Shown here: in pieces, positions 33,128 through 43,511 of the stretch
Layout of the letters: the number at the start of each line of letters is the position of its first letter
Position numbering within the stretch: the stretch's first letter is position 1
From: a virus
Virus record (IMG/VR): IMGVR_UViG_3300050158_000039
Coordinates: 28,621 to 92,620 of that record
Length of the DNA: 64,000 nucleotides
Reading direction: 5' to 3' (one strand)
Program-made: the position numbers and the translations under genes
Notes under the pieces: model-generated
Databases searched by the model: none
What the model was told of the DNA's origin: nothing
Seen by the model: the letters and a program-made list of their open reading frames with translations, nothing else

Positions 33128-33921
33128 ACTTCGATCACCAAAGTTTCGTTAAACCCTGACGTGTCCTCGTGTCCGTGATATCCGCGAGGATTCGCAACCA
33201 CACGAGTGTCGTATAGGGCATAATCAAACTGGTGGTGGGTATGACCATGGATCCACAAATTAGGCTTCGCCTCTCGAATGTAATTTGACAAATCGGATGC
33301 ATAGAACATATTCATGGGTGACCCAACGTACAAATGATGGATCGACAGATGTGACGGAGCGTGGTGAGTAACCACAACCGTCTTCTTGCCATCAGCTCGC
33401 TGCTTAGCAAGCTCATCCATTGTATACATCACAGCCTTCGAAAAATCCACCCATGACGCGGTAGCACTAAACGCTCGCTCGTATGGGTCGTTGATGCCTG
33501 TGCGGATAAGACGACTATCATTCATCCCACGAAACAGCATGTTTGCATACGGACTCTGATTGTCACATTCAGTCCACAAAGTGGATCCAATGAACGCAAC
33601 ATCATCCACCACACAGGACGACTTTTCCAGCAAAGCCACATTCTGCAATCCAGCTGCCTCGATGGCAGCTCGCAGCAGGGCGTGAGTCTTCTTGAACGAT
33701 CCGTGGTAATGTTCGTGATTACCAACAATCATCACCACCTTACGAAACTGAGCACTCGCCCGCGCCAGAAACGGAATATACCGCTCCGTCATGTTGCTCT
33801 TTTTGTGCACGAGGCCGATGTCACCAGCAAGCACCAACACCGTCTCCTTGTCTCCTTCGAGAGCTGGAACTTCATAGTCAGCAAATTCAAGGTGTAAATC
33901 TGAACAAATCCTCAACTTCAT
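33124..33921 (-). CDS. Calcineurin-like metallophosphoesterase
   Basis: SDLH, AGDI, GNHE, THHAP and HGHTH motifs. Confidence 0.9.
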   Translation of the reverse strand: MKLRICSDLHLEFADYEVPALEGDKETVLVLAGDIGLVHKKSNMTERYIPFLARASAQFRKVVMIVGNHEHYHGSFKKTHALLRAAIEAAGLQNVALLEKSSCVVDDVAFIGSTLWTECDNQSPYANMLFRGMNDSRLIRTGINDPYERAFSATASWVDFSKAVMYTMDELAKQRADGKKTVVVTHHAPSHLSIHHLYVGSPMNMFYASDLSNYIREAKPNLWIHGHTHHQFDYALYDTRVVANPRGYHGHEDTSGFNETLVIEV

Positions 33922-33956
33922 ATTGATCTTTCATAAATAGATAACGGAGACATTGA

Positions 33957-34622
33957 ATGTTCACTATCTACAAACACACAAATACAGTCAACGGCAAGTC
34001 ATATGTTGGTTACACTAAACACACCATGCAAGAGCGTTTCTCCCAACATATCAGCGCGGCGAATGGTGGGTCAAAAACACCTTTTCACCGAGCCATACGA
34101 AAACATGGAGCACGCAACTGGACATCGGAAGTGTTATTCGTAGCATACACAGAACAAGACGCTTGGTGGGCGGAGGAGAGATTCATATTGGAAAATGGAA
34201 CGCACAAGCGATACATTGGATACAATATGACACTGGGTGGTGATAGAGGACCAATCCTGCATGGAACTTCCAACGGCATGTGGGGTAAGACACATACCTC
34301 AGAAGTACGTCAACGCTTATCCCAGGGTGCAAAAGACCGGTATACCGGAAAATCATACGAAGAGCGACACGGTGAAGCATTGGCAGCTATTCTGCGACAA
34401 ACACGTTCGGAAGATATGAAACGCATTCGCCGATCTCGCTCCGGCGTAGGGACAGCCAACCCTAACTTCAATCCAGAAGTGCTGACCTTCCAACATATAT
34501 TAGGTGAGACTTTTGTGGGAACGAGACAGGACTTTCATACAACGCACAACGTCCCTCGTCCTATGATTACAGCCCTCATTAAAGGCACTCAACGAACGGC
34601 AAAAGGCTGGCGTCTTGCATAA
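33957..34622 (+). mobile_element. GIY-YIG homing endonuclease (NUMOD-type C-terminus)
   Basis: TIYKHTN..NGKSYVGYT, R..QH, GYNMTLGG; opposite strand to its neighbours; TAAATA at 33934. Confidence 0.85.
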
Positions 34623-34651
34623 TTTCATCACTCGTTGTACGGATTTTCATG

Positions 34652-35155
34652 TTATCCTCTGATTTCGTATGTTGAATTGAACAATTTTCGACGAACAATC
34701 CAGATGTCTGATTGGTCGGTTTGGCTTCGACAGACGATATCGCCTCGAAGACCGGTTTGTACGTTCTTTGTACCATCCGGCAACGTCTCACCCCACAAAC
34801 CAACTACGTAGAATTGATCGCCGTCAATGTGATCAGACGTGACCTCAAAACAATCAACAGCGTTGTCGGGTTTGGGGTCGCATACCAACCACCCATCCTG
34901 GTCAATACTAGAAATGCTGTACTTTGCCAGCAACTTCTTTGGAGTAGATTGCCAAGCATCACCATGCTCACCAACACAGATCACATTATGTGCGTCGATA
35001 GGCTCACGCCCTTCCAACGTACCAATCAGCAGCTGTGAAAGCAAACGCTGATCTGTGGTGAGAGCTGTGACGTGCTTAGCCACAATGGGGCGAGTCTTTG
35101 TTGCGGACCGCCAGTCAGTTATAGATGAAACGTCTAGAAACAAAATCGCCTCCAT
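34652..35155 (-). CDS. Hypothetical protein (PGDYG-like C-terminus)
   Basis: QTGLRGDIVC...DIWIV..KLFNSTYE. Confidence 0.55.
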   Translation of the reverse strand: MEAILFLDVSSITDWRSATKTRPIVAKHVTALTTDQRLLSQLLIGTLEGREPIDAHNVICVGEHGDAWQSTPKKLLAKYSISSIDQDGWLVCDPKPDNAVDCFEVTSDHIDGDQFYVVGLWGETLPDGTKNVQTGLRGDIVCRSQTDQSDIWIVRRKLFNSTYEIRG

Positions 35156-35207
35156 TAACCCAAATTGGATTGATGGAGGCGATTATACGTTATCAGAATG
35201 CGTTAAG

Positions 35208-35780
35208 TCAACCTAGGGTTTGTAGGGCTTTTGCATATGCTGCCGCTAGCTTCTTATCGTAGCTGTTTTGTGCGTATCCAGGGCCATTATACAGGCGCGC
35301 AAAATCAGCCCACCGCTTATCTTGAAGCTCGTCAGCCATTCCGGATTCGTGAACAAACTCTGCAAACGCATCAAGTTGAGCACCGTCGCCCTTACACATA
35401 TCATTAACGAACTGCTGCACGGTTTTGTACCCACACTTAGCGAAGTTGTATCCCATGATTTGGAACGAACCCCACGACGCAGACATCAATGCCGCATTCC
35501 TATCTAGAGCAATCGCTCGATTAAGACGATCCTTCTCCTCACGCCAGGTCTTTCCGTAGAACTGCTTGGTCCACTTCGGATAGCACAGATCGGGATGAGA
35601 TTGAGCATACTTACCGTTTGTTAGCTTGTAGAACCAATGTCCTTCGAATAGGGTCTTTGGAAATCCCTCGGGATCAAAACCACTGCCAGCAGATTCCACG
35701 GCAGCAACTGCGGCAACCGCTGCTGGTTCGCACTTTAGTTGTTCTGCAACGCGTTTATAGTCTTCGTTTGTATAAGCCAT
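35208..35780 (-). CDS. N-acetylmuramidase endolysin (DUF3380 type)
   Basis: AVAAVES, LFEGHWF, SASWGSFQIMGYN, FARLYNGPGY and YDKKL. Confidence 0.9.
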   Translation of the reverse strand: MAYTNEDYKRVAEQLKCEPAAVAAVAAVESAGSGFDPEGFPKTLFEGHWFYKLTNGKYAQSHPDLCYPKWTKQFYGKTWREEKDRLNRAIALDRNAALMSASWGSFQIMGYNFAKCGYKTVQQFVNDMCKGDGAQLDAFAEFVHESGMADELQDKRWADFARLYNGPGYAQNSYDKKLAAAYAKALQTLG

Positions 35781-35840
35781 GCACAATCTCCTTGTGTTAG
35801 TTAGCGTTTCTTTTCAATATCTACTGGCGGGGGATGGGAA

Positions 35841-38036
35841 TCAGCCGATCACCCAGTTGGTGCCGTTGCAGAACACAGGCGCGGTGTTGGCGCCGCCGGC
35901 CGCGACCGTGACGCCAACGTTGGCCGACGTGTACGCCGTGGACGCATCCGTCACGGTCGCGCGGAATCCCTTGTACGCAGCCGAAGCGGCCGGCAAGTTG
36001 GCGACCGCGTTGCTGGCGAGCGCCAACACCTTTTCGGCTGCCCACACGTTCGTGAGCGTTGCGTTGTTGACGGTCGGCGCCGCGTCCTGCGTCGGGCTCG
36101 ACTCGGGGTCCAGGTAGTGATTGCCCGAGTACTTGCCGCCCACCCAGGTGGTGCCGGTATCGAACCGGATCGGAGCCTTGTTCCCCGCGGTGGCAGCGCG
36201 GCCGTTGGAGATCATCATGTTGTCAGTAAGCTCCAAGTCGATGAACCCACCGAACAACCGGATGCCCGACAGGTCGCAGTCGGACACCAGGTTGCCGCGC
36301 ACCGTAAGTCCGAGCAGCGGCTTTCCCGCGTTGACGATCAGCGCGATTCCGTACCCGCCAGCGGCGGCGCGGATGGTGTTGTCCAGCACGCGCGAGCGAC
36401 CATAGGCGAGCGCGATACCAGACTGACCGTTGGCAGTCGCGCCAACGGCGCTGTTGACCATGATGCCCGCGCTGTACTGGGCATTCCAGGTGAACAAGTT
36501 GCTGATATCGTTGTGTGCGATCAGCGTGTCGCGCGCTACGCGGCCGTATGTCACCCCGTTGCTGCCCGCCTTGATCCCGTGGACGCACTGGCTGATGACG
36601 TTGTGAACGATGCGCGTACCCTGCGCGCCGCTGTCCACGACGCCGTTGAAGAAGCCGCGGACGATGTTGGCTTCGATGATGAGGCCGGAACCGCCGAATG
36701 CGGGCGGGTTAGGCGTCTCGGCTGACGCCTCGATGTTGATACCGCTGCGGCCGACCGCGCCTGCGGCCAAGTTGCCCATGCCCGCCGCCAGTGTGCCGAT
36801 GATGGTGTTGTGGTGGACGTGCATCGACAGCTCGGTATCGCCGACCGCGATACCGATGCCGGAGCCGCCCGCGCCGCCCGAGTTGCCGCTGGTGCTGGGC
36901 CTTGCCAGCCGTGCGGGGCGGATGATGAGGTTGTGGGCCAGCTCGCAGGCGATGGACTTATCGTAGCCCAGCGCCGTGCTCGGGTTGTCCACGATCCGCA
37001 TGTGCCGCACAAACGACTGGTTCGTGCCATCCATCGAGATCATCTTCATGTCGCTGCCGTAGGGCCCGCTGGATGCGAAGAAGGTGCCGATCAGGCTGAA
37101 ATTCTCCAGGCACACGCAGTCGTAGTACCCGCCGACTGCAAAGGAGCTTTCGCGAGCAATCCAGGGCGCCGTGTTCGAGTCGTCGGCGTTGGCGACGACC
37201 TTGCACACGTAGACACTCGTGCCGTCGCGTCGGCAGCCTCCCATCGACACGCCCGAACTGACCGGCAGGCGGCCAGTGACCATGTAGTCACCACCGGGAA
37301 TGATGACCTTGCCCGGCACGCCGTCGGCTACGTAGTCGGCACGGCACTTGGCCACGGCGGCCACGAACGCGTCGTCGCACGGCCACCCGAAGATCACTTC
37401 GCAGTTGGATGCCGTCTGGGTGGCCGCCACCGACAGGTATGCCTTGCCACCACTGACCGACAGGATGGTGCCGATCAGCACGCCGTCATTGGCGACGACA
37501 GCAAAGTCTGAGGTTGGGGAGCCAACGCCGGGGCCCTTGATCGCCGCGGTCTTGCCGACGTCCGAGTCGGTGAACGTGTAGCCGGTGATGCGCAGCTCGG
37601 TCGAAATGATGTCCATGGCGCCCGCGGCCTTAAAGCGGGTGGCCCTGCGCGCATCACCGTACTGTCTCAGCGGGTACTCACGAAATTCATCCCCTGACAC
37701 CAACGACTGGATTTTAGAAACATCAGCCGAACTCATTCCATCAGCGGCTGATCCAACAGACGACTTGAGGCTTGCGGGAATGGTTTTGCACATACCTTGA
37801 TACGTCTGCCACCAACTCATTCCGTTCGGCATTAGGGTTGAATGTGCGAGCGCCATTGACGGTAGTGGTAGAGAACCTCCGTTGGCTGTAGCCAATGTTG
37901 CAAGATTGGCCCTATCAGCATCACTCATCGAATACCAAAGTGCAACAATGTTTGGCGATGACACAATTTGTACTACATCTTGTTTCCTATCGCTGAAGTT
38001 AACATTCATGGACTTGACATATGACGGATTTGGCAT
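35841..38036 (-). CDS. Tailspike/depolymerase with right-handed beta-helix
   Basis: 731 aa; DDAFVAA..G.V.IPGGDY start of a pectate-lyase-like domain; repeated xxNxI rungs; conserved-looking C-terminal FCNGTNW. Confidence 0.8.
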   Translation of the reverse strand: MPNPSYVKSMNVNFSDRKQDVVQIVSSPNIVALWYSMSDADRANLATLATANGGSLPLPSMALAHSTLMPNGMSWWQTYQGMCKTIPASLKSSVGSAADGMSSADVSKIQSLVSGDEFREYPLRQYGDARRATRFKAAGAMDIISTELRITGYTFTDSDVGKTAAIKGPGVGSPTSDFAVVANDGVLIGTILSVSGGKAYLSVAATQTASNCEVIFGWPCDDAFVAAVAKCRADYVADGVPGKVIIPGGDYMVTGRLPVSSGVSMGGCRRDGTSVYVCKVVANADDSNTAPWIARESSFAVGGYYDCVCLENFSLIGTFFASSGPYGSDMKMISMDGTNQSFVRHMRIVDNPSTALGYDKSIACELAHNLIIRPARLARPSTSGNSGGAGGSGIGIAVGDTELSMHVHHNTIIGTLAAGMGNLAAGAVGRSGINIEASAETPNPPAFGGSGLIIEANIVRGFFNGVVDSGAQGTRIVHNVISQCVHGIKAGSNGVTYGRVARDTLIAHNDISNLFTWNAQYSAGIMVNSAVGATANGQSGIALAYGRSRVLDNTIRAAAGGYGIALIVNAGKPLLGLTVRGNLVSDCDLSGIRLFGGFIDLELTDNMMISNGRAATAGNKAPIRFDTGTTWVGGKYSGNHYLDPESSPTQDAAPTVNNATLTNVWAAEKVLALASNAVANLPAASAAYKGFRATVTDASTAYTSANVGVTVAAGGANTAPVFCNGTNWVIG

Positions 38037-38112
38037 GCATTAGGTCCTTTACCCTAAGTTGATTATTGTGGTGTTATTTAGTATTATTCCTCTTTATTTG
38101 AGGAGATCCCCC

Positions 38113-39069
38113 ATGAACGGTGAGATCAAATTGTTTGCAGGAACAGCAAACCGTAAATTGGCGCAAGCAATTGCACAAAAACTCAACATTGGCCTTGAGC
38201 GTGTAGACGTTGAGCGGTTCAGCGACGGAGAAATCCGCGTAGAGCTGAAAGACAACGTTCGTGGCTGTACAGCATTCATCGTTCAACCAACATGCGCACC
38301 CGCCAACGACACCCTCATGGAGACGATGCTGATTGCGGATGCGCTGCGCCGGTCGTCCGTTCAAAAGATTGTCGCGGTGATTCCGTACTTTGGGTATGCT
38401 CGGCAAGACCGCCGTCCCGGATACTCTCGCGTCCCAATCTCCGCCAGCGTTGTGGCGCACATGCTGGAAGGTGTCGGCATTGATCATGTTGTCACAATCG
38501 ACTTGCACGCAACCCAAATCCAGGGGTTCTTCACAATTCCGGTTGATAACATGGGTGCACAATCACTGTTCGTTAGTGACATCTACCACAGGTGGCGTAC
38601 GGAAAATCCGATTATTGTGTCACCTGACGTTGGTGGTGTGGCGCGAGCTCGTGCTACGGCCAGCCAGCTGAATAACATGGAACTTGCGATCGTTGACAAG
38701 CGACGTGAACGGGCAAATGAATCTGAAGTGATGAACATCATTGGCAATGTTGAAGATCGTACCTGCATTATGATCGACGACATGGTGGATACCGCCGGTA
38801 CGCTTGCCAAAGCAGCGAACGCGCTGATTGATCGTGGTGGTGCACGGCGTGTTGTAGCGTACGCATCTCACGGCGTGCTGTCTGGCAAGGCGTTGACGAA
38901 CTTGGCTGAATCCAAGCTTGAAGAACTGGTTGTCACAGATTCCATCCCTCTCACTGACTCGTTTGTTGGTTTTGAAAAGGTTCGTCAAATCAGCGTAGCG
39001 TCTTTGCTCGCAGAGACGATCAAGCGGGTGCACAACGGAACGTCAGTTAGCGAGATTGCACAATCATGA
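38113..39069 (+). CDS. prs: Ribose-phosphate pyrophosphokinase
   Basis: FSDGEI, PYFGYARQDRR, VSPDVGG and DDMVDTAGT; start set at MNGEIK after AGGAG. Confidence 0.95.
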   Translation: MNGEIKLFAGTANRKLAQAIAQKLNIGLERVDVERFSDGEIRVELKDNVRGCTAFIVQPTCAPANDTLMETMLIADALRRSSVQKIVAVIPYFGYARQDRRPGYSRVPISASVVAHMLEGVGIDHVVTIDLHATQIQGFFTIPVDNMGAQSLFVSDIYHRWRTENPIIVSPDVGGVARARATASQLNNMELAIVDKRRERANESEVMNIIGNVEDRTCIMIDDMVDTAGTLAKAANALIDRGGARRVVAYASHGVLSGKALTNLAESKLEELVVTDSIPLTDSFVGFEKVRQISVASLLAETIKRVHNGTSVSEIAQS

Positions 39070-39341
39070 CCAAGGAGATACCGAATCTAACGCGTGAGGA
39101 AGCTATCAACTTCCTCAAGAAGGCGTTCCCAAGAAAGATGACGCAACTAACTGCTGAGCAATCAGCAGTTGTGTGGGAAATGATCCAAGCGCGACAAATT
39201 GAACCCGTTCGTGACGGTCTTTCTCTTCATTGTGCATCGTTGACGTACGTCATTGATGGCGTTGAGTATGAAGCCCTGTGGGAACTCACCAACACAACGT
39301 CTCCCCCTATGATTACCCAATACGCTGAGTGGGACAGTTGA
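39066..39341 (+). CDS. Hypothetical protein
   Basis: ATGA coupling to prs. Confidence 0.6.
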   Translation: MTKEIPNLTREEAINFLKKAFPRKMTQLTAEQSAVVWEMIQARQIEPVRDGLSLHCASLTYVIDGVEYEALWELTNTTSPPMITQYAEWDS

Positions 39342-39500
39342 CTTTAGAAAAACCGTCATATATACTGACATCCATGCAATAACGCATGTCTAACTGGAGC
39401 AAATCATGGCACTGTAGGTTTTGATTCGTAATGTTGGCCCTCCGAGGGTATGGTTATCTTTGTCTCTTGCAACTTTTAACCATTTTCCTAAGGATACATC

Positions 39501-39839
39501 ATGACGCCGACAAACACACATCTGACCATCGACCAGTTCCATGCCCTGTGCAAGGCACACAAAAAGATCCACGGCTCTGCCAAAGACCACGTAATCTACA
39601 ACTGGATCCGAGGACTCCCCCTCGGCCGCGGTTTCTCCAAGATTACCAACAACACCAAACTAGCAAACGGGCAAAATCCCTCTCGTTCACTTTGTGATGC
39701 CCTGAACGAAGTGACATACGGCTGCCGCCACTGGAAGCGTGCATACCAAACGCCTTCTGTGTTTGGTGTTGAGCTTACCACCGAGCAAGTTCAGGCCATT
39801 GAGACTGACATTTCCATCTACCTCACGAAGGAAATGTAA
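39501..39839 (+). CDS. Hypothetical protein
   Basis: 112 aa with AAGGA RBS. Confidence 0.6.
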   Translation: MTPTNTHLTIDQFHALCKAHKKIHGSAKDHVIYNWIRGLPLGRGFSKITNNTKLANGQNPSRSLCDALNEVTYGCRHWKRAYQTPSVFGVELTTEQVQAIETDISIYLTKEM

Positions 39840-40138
39840 TGACTCAATATACCTATTTGTTCATTCGTGGCGACCTGACGCCTGCACAGCAAATTGTGCA
39901 GGCAGCACACGCAGCCCACGAAGCCGGTGAGCGATTTGGTGAACATTCTCATCTTATCTGCCTGCGCTCCTCATCACAGGCAGAGCTTGAGAAGCAGGCC
40001 TTGTTCCTTGAGAGGTCGAACATTCAGTACCAAATGTTCTTCGAGCCTGATAACAACCTCGGATACACCGCTATCTGTACCCAACCTCTGATTGGTGATC
40101 AGCGCAAACCGCTTGAGCGGTTTAGCTTGCACACCTAA
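39839..40138 (+). CDS. Peptidyl-tRNA hydrolase Pth2-like protein
   Basis: FIRGDL...QIVQAAHAA and EPD...TAIC pattern. Confidence 0.7.
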   Translation: MTQYTYLFIRGDLTPAQQIVQAAHAAHEAGERFGEHSHLICLRSSSQAELEKQALFLERSNIQYQMFFEPDNNLGYTAICTQPLIGDQRKPLERFSLHT

Positions 40139-40243
40139 TCTACCGGCGGAGAGGGGTTGACTTACCTCAACCCCTCTGTTATAGTGATGAAATTCCCACG
40201 ATAAATAAATTGTGGGAATCCCCCACAATTTCTGGAGATTATC

Positions 40244-40831
40244 ATGGCGAGAGAACACCCGCTGATTCTACAACTTGACGTCGCAGGCAATCCATGCCGT
40301 TGGATGACATATGAGGATGCTGCCTACTACAAGGCAAAAGACCTCATCGCATGGGTCTATGGAGAGGATGAGTTCACGATTTATGGTGGTGAAAACGCCC
40401 TAACGGGTGAACAATCATCAATGGATCTGAACACGATCATTGCAGTCAAGGGTGAGATTGGTGATAAGGGTCGCTTTCGCATTCCCACTCTTACCAATCG
40501 AGCCCTGTTCAGACGTGACCAACACATTTGCGCATACTGCGGTAACGAATTCGGTCATGACCACTTGACCCGTGACCACATTGTGGCGCGCTCTCGTGGT
40601 GGCCCGGACGTCTGGACTAACGTTGTCACTGCATGTGGCGGCTGCAACAAACTGAAGGATGACCGCACGCTGGAACAAGCTGGCATGAAGCTTCTGTATC
40701 TGCCGTACGCTCCGAACCGATCAGAATACCTGATCCTGATGAACCGCAACATCCTTGCGGATCAGATGGAATTTCTGAAAAGTCGAGTGACAAAGGACAG
40801 TCGAATCCTGCACCCAATCAAACTCAACTAA
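40244..40831 (+). CDS. HNH endonuclease (McrA-like)
   Basis: RDQHICAYCG, TRDHIV and NVVTACGGCNKLK. Confidence 0.88.
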   Translation: MAREHPLILQLDVAGNPCRWMTYEDAAYYKAKDLIAWVYGEDEFTIYGGENALTGEQSSMDLNTIIAVKGEIGDKGRFRIPTLTNRALFRRDQHICAYCGNEFGHDHLTRDHIVARSRGGPDVWTNVVTACGGCNKLKDDRTLEQAGMKLLYLPYAPNRSEYLILMNRNILADQMEFLKSRVTKDSRILHPIKLN

Positions 40832-40864
40832 CAGAAAGGGCCTCCGGGCCCTTTCTTCATTGCC

Positions 40865-41449
40865 ATGAAACCTACAATCGTATACGTTCACGGAGCCTAC
40901 ATGACTCCGCTCAGTTTTGAACACATCATTAACAGTCTGCCTGACCACAACGAAGACCTGTTTGCATATGATGCAACAGCTCCGTTGCTCGAGACGTGTG
41001 ATCGCTTGCAAACTCTACTGACGACCTATCCCGAAAAGGTTCATTTGGTTGGCCACAGTCTTGGTGGCGTGATCTCTCTATTCGCTGCCCTTCGCAGTGA
41101 CAACGTTGAATCGATTACCACAATCGCTTCTCCTCTTGGTGGGTGTGAGGTGTCTCGTGTTCCGTTTGCATCTCACTTCTCTCCGGTACTAGCCAACGTT
41201 CATCCAAACCATCCTGTATACCAAACAATTCGGTCAGCTGACCGAATTGACTTCGATCGCATCACCAGCATCATCGCCACCAACGGTCGCACGTATCCCG
41301 GCATTGGTCAGACAGACGGTGTTGTCAGTCTTGCCAGTCAACGAGCGGTGTGGTATGCTAATCATGTGGAGATTGGCACTAATCATTTCGAAGTGCTACT
41401 GCACCAAGAAACCATCAACACAATCGTTGAAACCGTATTCGACAGTTGA
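40865..41449 (+). CDS. Alpha/beta hydrolase
   Basis: VHGA, GHSLGG nucleophile elbow, TDGVV and NHFEV. Confidence 0.85.
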   Translation: MKPTIVYVHGAYMTPLSFEHIINSLPDHNEDLFAYDATAPLLETCDRLQTLLTTYPEKVHLVGHSLGGVISLFAALRSDNVESITTIASPLGGCEVSRVPFASHFSPVLANVHPNHPVYQTIRSADRIDFDRITSIIATNGRTYPGIGQTDGVVSLASQRAVWYANHVEIGTNHFEVLLHQETINTIVETVFDS

Positions 41450-41504
41450 CAACCCCCAAATAAACTGGGATTGTATCCACACAACCATAAGAGGATACAA
41501 TCCC

Positions 41505-42149
41505 ATGAACCTACAAGACTACATCTCCAAAGCTATCGAAACAGAGAGCGTCATCGACAACGTTACTACCGACGTTCAACACCTGACCTATGTGCTTGAA
41601 GCAACGATCGCAGCAGGTAACCTGCTGGACGTAATCAAGAAAGACACATTCTACGGTCTGCCAACGGACCCTAAGAAAGCATCCGCGCGTCAGGATCGCC
41701 TCGCCCTCAACGCTCAAGCACTCCGCCGAGCAGCTCCGCTTGCATCAGCTGGTACTTTCCCTGGTGACTCTGCTGGCCCATCCCCCGTCCGTACACTGCA
41801 GAAAATCAACCCACGTGTGGCTCATGCCATCATTGGTCTGGCCACTGAGGCTGTAGAACTGTTGGAAGCCCTGCACACAGCAATCACCGAAGACACAGAG
41901 ATTGATGGCATCAACATTCTGGAAGAGTTGGGTGATTTGAACTGGTACCACGCAATCGCCGTCGACGCCTTGGGTGGTGATTGGGAGCAAATTCAAGAAG
42001 TAAATATCGCCAAGTTGCGTTCGCGCAACAAGGGGAGCAAGTTCAGCGCTGAAGCGACGATTGATCGCGACATTGACGCCGAGCGTAACCTACTAGAGGA
42101 GCGCCTGAATGCTGGTAATGTGCCTGACGCAGACGCTGAGGGATTCTAA
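41505..42149 (+). CDS. MazG-like nucleotide pyrophosphohydrolase
   Basis: HAIIGLATEAVELLE...EELGDLNWY...NIAKL; start set at MNLQDY. Confidence 0.8.
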   Translation: MNLQDYISKAIETESVIDNVTTDVQHLTYVLEATIAAGNLLDVIKKDTFYGLPTDPKKASARQDRLALNAQALRRAAPLASAGTFPGDSAGPSPVRTLQKINPRVAHAIIGLATEAVELLEALHTAITEDTEIDGINILEELGDLNWYHAIAVDALGGDWEQIQEVNIAKLRSRNKGSKFSAEATIDRDIDAERNLLEERLNAGNVPDADAEGF

Positions 42150-42158
42150 GGACATGAT

Positions 42159-42485
42159 ATGAATACAACAGGACAACGCATCAGCGTCGCAAAGGCAAAA
42201 CAGCTCCTAGCTAAGGGGGCTGTCCTGTTGGATGCTCGGACACCCGTCCACTTTCGTGACGGTACTATCCCTGGTGCTGTAAATCTAGCAACACACCAAC
42301 TTGCTCAAATGCTTAAACACCCGAAAGCAACACGAATCATTGCTTTCGGCGTGACTGATACTGACACAACCGTCAACACAGTTTTAGGCTACTTGGAGCA
42401 GTACGGATTCACAAACCTGTATACGATTGGCGCAATCGACAACTGGTTCAAAGATCCCGCGAAACCACCACGTAAACCGCGGTGA
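42159..42485 (+). CDS. Rhodanese-like domain protein
   Basis: LLDART..FRDGTIPGAVN and YGFTNLYTIGAIDNW. Confidence 0.75.
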   Translation: MNTTGQRISVAKAKQLLAKGAVLLDARTPVHFRDGTIPGAVNLATHQLAQMLKHPKATRIIAFGVTDTDTTVNTVLGYLEQYGFTNLYTIGAIDNWFKDPAKPPRKPR

Positions 42486-42670
42486 ACTCACATTTTTTTC
42501 GTTTGGAGACAGTGTGTGATAAATATCTTTACCTACCCTATCACCGGTTAGGAAAATGATGCATATCACACACTGTCTCTTTTTCTTTTCCCGTTCAAGT
42601 TCCTCTGCGGAGTTCTCCGCGCAATCCCCACCAACCTAAACAACACCTATTCACTTAGGAGGCTTGACCT

Positions 42671-43453
42671 ATGTCCCGTAAACGTGCCCTTAAAGCATCA
42701 GTTCGCAATAACGTATATCAACTAGAACAAGCACTGCTCGCTAACGGACGAGCAGTCACAGAAGGTCCGACGAAGCGCAAGCACTGGTCTCGTCACGATC
42801 TCCACGACATCAAGCCACTTACACCAGCACAGCGCGAAATGATCTACGATTTCATGGAGGGACAAAACATCGTAGCATCAGGTTCTGCCGGCACTGGTAA
42901 GACATTCTTGGCAATCTATCTGGCATTGCAGGAAGTGTTGAACCCAGAATCCGAATGCAAGAAGATCATTCTTGTTCGATCCGCCGTACCTACCCGCGAC
43001 CTCGGCTTCATGCCAGGTACACTTGAAGAAAAGGCAGCCCTGTATGAAATGCCTTACAAGGACATCTTCCACGAACTGATGGGTCGCTCGACAACATACC
43101 AAGACATGAAGGAAAGCAACATGGTTGATTTCCAAACCACGTCTTTCATTCGCGGTCTTACTTGGGATGATGCGGTGATTGTGGTGGACGAAGTTCAATC
43201 AATGACGTTCCATGAGATTAACACCATCATGACTCGCCTGGGACGCAATTCTCGCATCATTCTTGCAGGAGACCTGCCCCAAACCGACCTTCGTAAGAAG
43301 GGTGAAGTTAGCGGTATGGAAATGATGATGAAAGTTACGGACCGCATGGGTGCATTTACAAACGTAACATTCACGCAGCACGACATCATTCGTAGTGATT
43401 TTGTGAAATCGTGGATCATCGCGGCTGAAGAAATGAATGCTTTAGCTGGTTGA
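42671..43453 (+). CDS. phoH: PhoH-like ATPase
   Basis: GSAGTGKT, LGFMPG, IRGLT, DEVQ, TRLG and GDLPQTD. Confidence 0.92.
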   Translation: MSRKRALKASVRNNVYQLEQALLANGRAVTEGPTKRKHWSRHDLHDIKPLTPAQREMIYDFMEGQNIVASGSAGTGKTFLAIYLALQEVLNPESECKKIILVRSAVPTRDLGFMPGTLEEKAALYEMPYKDIFHELMGRSTTYQDMKESNMVDFQTTSFIRGLTWDDAVIVVDEVQSMTFHEINTIMTRLGRNSRIILAGDLPQTDLRKKGEVSGMEMMMKVTDRMGAFTNVTFTQHDIIRSDFVKSWIIAAEEMNALAG

Positions 43454-43511
43454 GGTAATTGTTGACCTAGAGTAAAATGGTAGGGTAATTTCAACTAAGG
43501 ATTACCCTACC

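Noticed and set aside
35779-37800. Many overlapping ORFs in the GC-rich segment
   Set aside because: Shadow frames of the high-GC tailspike gene; stop codons are rare at this GC content.
38113-39069. prs as the NARP1 Adps enzyme
   Set aside because: The sequence follows canonical class I Prs motifs along its full length and no Namat/Nampt-like gene is adjacent.
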